Positions 16,202 through 18,593 of a stretch of DNA of 18,593 nucleotides are shown piece by piece. Numbering within the stretch: the first letter of the stretch is position 1; the number at the start of each line of letters is the position of its first letter. Under the pieces are notes generated by a model. The model was not told where the DNA came from, made no database searches, and saw only the letters and a list, made by a program, of their open reading frames with translations. Made by a program: the position numbers and the translations under genes. The stretch comes from Candidatus Heimdallarchaeota archaeon (GTDB lineage Archaea > Asgardarchaeota > Heimdallarchaeia > Heimdallarchaeales > Heimdallarchaeaceae), in contig JAEOTE010000091.1 in NCBI GenBank assembly GCA_016839945.1, positions 1-18,593 on the forward strand, given 5' to 3'.

Positions 16202-17209
16202 TCAATCTTTTTTGGTTTCATCTAAAAACAATTTCAGAATATGATCCATGCATTCTTCTTTATTTGAGGGTAAATCATAAGATTTTGGAACATTTATTCC
16301 TGCAGCTGTTTCATGACCTCCTCCTGATCCCCCTATTTTGGAACCAATTTTATTTGCTATATCACCTAAATTAATTCTATAATGCCTGGCAAATTCTTTT
16401 CTACATCGCATACTTATTCTAAACTCACCTTTTGATGGTTCTGCGATAACAATCGAACAACTACCTCCTAAATCTATCAATGCTCTTGCTACAGATGATT
16501 CAAAAGTACTTACGTAAGAAAGAGCAAAGACATTTGATCCCTCTCGGTGAAGTTTTGTTCGCATTGCTCCTTTTAACCTTGCTATTTTTTCTGATTCTGA
16601 TAAAGGTGTATGCAATAGAGATAGCACTTTGTTGTAATCTCCTCCCTTATCTATAAGGAACTGAACTCTAGTAAAAGTTGAGGGGGATAAATAGATGAAG
16701 CGCCTAGAATCAAAGACTATTCCTGCAATTAATATAGTTGCTATATCTTTTGGAATTTGGATGTTCTTTTCCATAAATATGCTAGTTATTATTTCAGCTG
16801 TTGACGATATTTGTAATATAATAGATTGAGCAGCTTGAAGAGAAAAATCATGATGAGAATGATGATCGATTATAAATATCGGTATTTTTTTCTCTAGAAG
16901 AGGATTAATATCAATGTCTCCTATTTGAAGAGGATTGTTAGTATCACACAGAAATATTGCATCTAACTCTTCTTTGAGGGTGTTTTTGAACTTGCTTTTA
17001 TGAACCATTAGAAGTTTTTTTGATACAACACTCATAGAGCTTGCATATAGATTAATGTTATAGGATGAGTCCATATTCTTTAACAGATAATTCAAGCCAA
17101 TAGCACTTGCAATTGAATCAGGATCTGCATTTTGATGTGTGAAAATACCTATTCTCTTACATTTCTCTTTTTTCAAAATAGCCAATATTTTCATGAATTC
17201 TTCTGACAC
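16202..17209 (-). CDS. DHH/DHHA1 family phosphoesterase (NrnA-like)
   Basis: THQNADPDS, IIDHH, GIVFDS and C-terminal SGGGHETAAG. Confidence 0.92.
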   Translation of the reverse strand: MSEEFMKILAILKKEKCKRIGIFTHQNADPDSIASAIGLNYLLKNMDSSYNINLYASSMSVVSKKLLMVHKSKFKNTLKEELDAIFLCDTNNPLQIGDIDINPLLEKKIPIFIIDHHSHHDFSLQAAQSIILQISSTAEIITSIFMEKNIQIPKDIATILIAGIVFDSRRFIYLSPSTFTRVQFLIDKGGDYNKVLSLLHTPLSESEKIARLKGAMRTKLHREGSNVFALSYVSTFESSVARALIDLGGSCSIVIAEPSKGEFRISMRCRKEFARHYRINLGDIANKIGSKIGGSGGGHETAAGINVPKSYDLPSNKEECMDHILKLFLDETKKD

Positions 17210-17496
17210 AAAAGTTCCTCCTTTAAGATATCTTGCGAATAATTAAATATTTCTTCTTGAAGCGTTGTCAGTTCTTCTACAGTAATGTTTCCAGCGATAT
17301 CTGTGTCAATTGTTAAAGTTAGAAGGTTATCAGAAGATTGTGTTAAACTTATTATTATGTTATAATCAGTAAGAAATTTCCAATGTGAAGATTTTCTAAG
17401 ATGTGAGAGTATTTTGTCCTCCAACAGAGATGCTAGCTCTTCTAATTCTAAATCTGTTAACTTGCCTAATCCTATGTCAATAACATCTGTTTCCAT
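17191..17496 (-). CDS. Small acidic archaeal protein, DUF3194-like
   Basis: IGLGKLTDLELEELASLLE resembles the DUF3194 N-terminus as I recall it, and the position between prefoldin beta and DHH is a known archaeal gene order. Probable start ATG 17496 (METDVID); the ORF track starts at 17538. Confidence 0.6.
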   Translation of the reverse strand: METDVIDIGLGKLTDLELEELASLLEDKILSHLRKSSHWKFLTDYNIIISLTQSSDNLLTLTIDTDIAGNITVEELTTLQEEIFNYSQDILKEELLCQKNS

Positions 17497-17548
17497 CAAT
17501 ATTCTACTCTCAAGTTGTTTGGGTACAGAAAGGAGCATTATTAGAAAT

Positions 17549-17890
17549 TTATTGTTTTCCTAATAACTTTTCTTGAAGCTCTTTTACAGAAGAAACTAAC
17601 TTCTTTTCTCTTTTACTTAAGGATGATATTCTAACTTCAACTGATTCTTGTTGCTCAGCAAGATGCTTTTTGACATCTTCAGTGTTTGTTTGAAATAATA
17701 ATCTTCCAGCAGAACGATATATTACTGCGGATGGATCTAGATCTTTGGATTCCTTTAGAGCATCTTCAGTTTCTCTTTTTTCCAATTCTAGTTGTTGTAA
17801 ATTTACTCTTATCACTTCTAATTGTTGAACAAGCTGATTAAAACGTTGAAGTTCTTCTTGTTGTTCTGGTGTTAGTTGTGGGGTTGCCAT
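17549..17890 (-). CDS. pfdB: Prefoldin beta subunit
   Basis: Coiled coil, beta hairpin (AVIYRSAGRLLFQ), coiled coil. ATG 17890 is preceded by GAGGA. Confidence 0.93.
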   Translation of the reverse strand: MATPQLTPEQQEELQRFNQLVQQLEVIRVNLQQLELEKRETEDALKESKDLDPSAVIYRSAGRLLFQTNTEDVKKHLAEQQESVEVRISSLSKREKKLVSSVKELQEKLLGKQ

Positions 17891-17936
17891 TAATAATCCT
17901 CTCAATTAAATTATTAACCAACGCTGAAGATGAAGT

Positions 17937-17950
17937 AAAATAAACCTTTT
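17937..17950 (-). promoter_or_regulatory. BRE/TATA candidate for pfdB
   Basis: The minus strand reads AAAAGG-TTTATTTT about 50 nt upstream of the pfdB ATG. Confidence 0.35.
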
Positions 17951-18031
17951 GATAAATGGGAAGGTGTATTCCTGTCAATTACTAGAAAAAGCAATTAATA
18001 GTTTAACGATAACAATAGAAAAAGGGCTCTT

Positions 18032-18047
18032 AAAAAGAAAAAAAGAA
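18032..18047 (-). terminator. Oligo-T terminator after the actin gene
   Basis: The minus strand reads TTCTTTTTTTCTTTTT shortly after the actin stop codon. Confidence 0.55.
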
Positions 18048-18063
18048 GATTGGAGAAGTTTTC

Positions 18064-18591
18064 TTAGATACAGCGGTATACGGATGTTGGACCAATCTCC
18101 TTATACTCTTTGCGGGTAACCCACAATTTAGCGAAAGTTTTCAAGGAACTTAAGATACTACCACCAATCCATACAGAGTATCTCCTCTCAGGTGGGGCAA
18201 TGATCTTTACTTCCATAGTCTCTGGAACGAGTTCAGTTAATTCTTTGTGAAGACGTTCTTTTAGACCTGGGAACATTGTAGAACCACCAGAAAGAACTAT
18301 GTTTGCATATAGATCTCTTCTGAGATCCACATCACAATTCTGGATAGATCTGTAGATTAGCTCATCTAGAGGATTCTCTTCTGAGCCAATTGCACCAGGA
18401 TTGAATAGTAATTCTGGAGCCATGAATCTTTCTGCGCCAATTGTTAAAGTTTCACCATCTGGTAGAGTATAGGTTTTTTCCATTCCGGATACTTTCTCTG
18501 CTAACTTGAGTTCCTTTTCAGGATCAAGTGCTACATAACAGAGACGTTCTTTTATGTCTCTAACGATTTCTCTCTCAGCACTGCTTGAGAG
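18064..18591 (-). CDS. Asgard actin (Lokiactin-type, eukaryote-like), 5'-truncated by the window edge
   Basis: The frame is open to the window end: [21 protein letters not shown]...YTLPDG...IGAERF.APELLF.P...[24 protein letters not shown]...[22 protein letters not shown]. These blocks are near-identical to eukaryotic actin. Confidence 0.97.
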   Translation of the reverse strand, partial: LSSSAEREIVRDIKERLCYVALDPEKELKLAEKVSGMEKTYTLPDGETLTIGAERFMAPELLFNPGAIGSEENPLDELIYRSIQNCDVDLRRDLYANIVLSGGSTMFPGLKERLHKELTELVPETMEVKIIAPPERRYSVWIGGSILSSLKTFAKLWVTRKEYKEIGPTSVYRCI

Positions 18592-18593
18592 TG

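Overview
AT-rich (roughly one-third GC) archaeal chromosomal window, almost certainly from an Asgard archaeon. It ends in the 3' part of a eukaryote-like actin gene, followed on the minus strand by prefoldin beta, a DUF3194-like protein, a DHH phosphoesterase and an ECF transporter module. The rest encodes TldD and TldE/PmbA about 10 kb apart, thymidylate kinase, an MFS transporter, a large N-glycosylated single-pass surface protein and three PLP enzymes. One PLP enzyme is a class-III aminotransferase fused to an SCP2 lipid-binding domain. Another is a eukaryote-type serine racemase homologue with an aspartate-racemase-like HSS loop. The strongest unexplained signal is a GC-enriched intergenic segment of about 270 nt (6450-6722) that folds into eight or more nested helices plus a pseudoknot and matches no RNA family I recognise. 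It lies directly downstream of an orphan helical protein with a possible cyclin/TFIIB-like fold. No mobile element, CRISPR array, rRNA or canonical tRNA was seen. All family calls come from motif recognition by eye; no searches were run.
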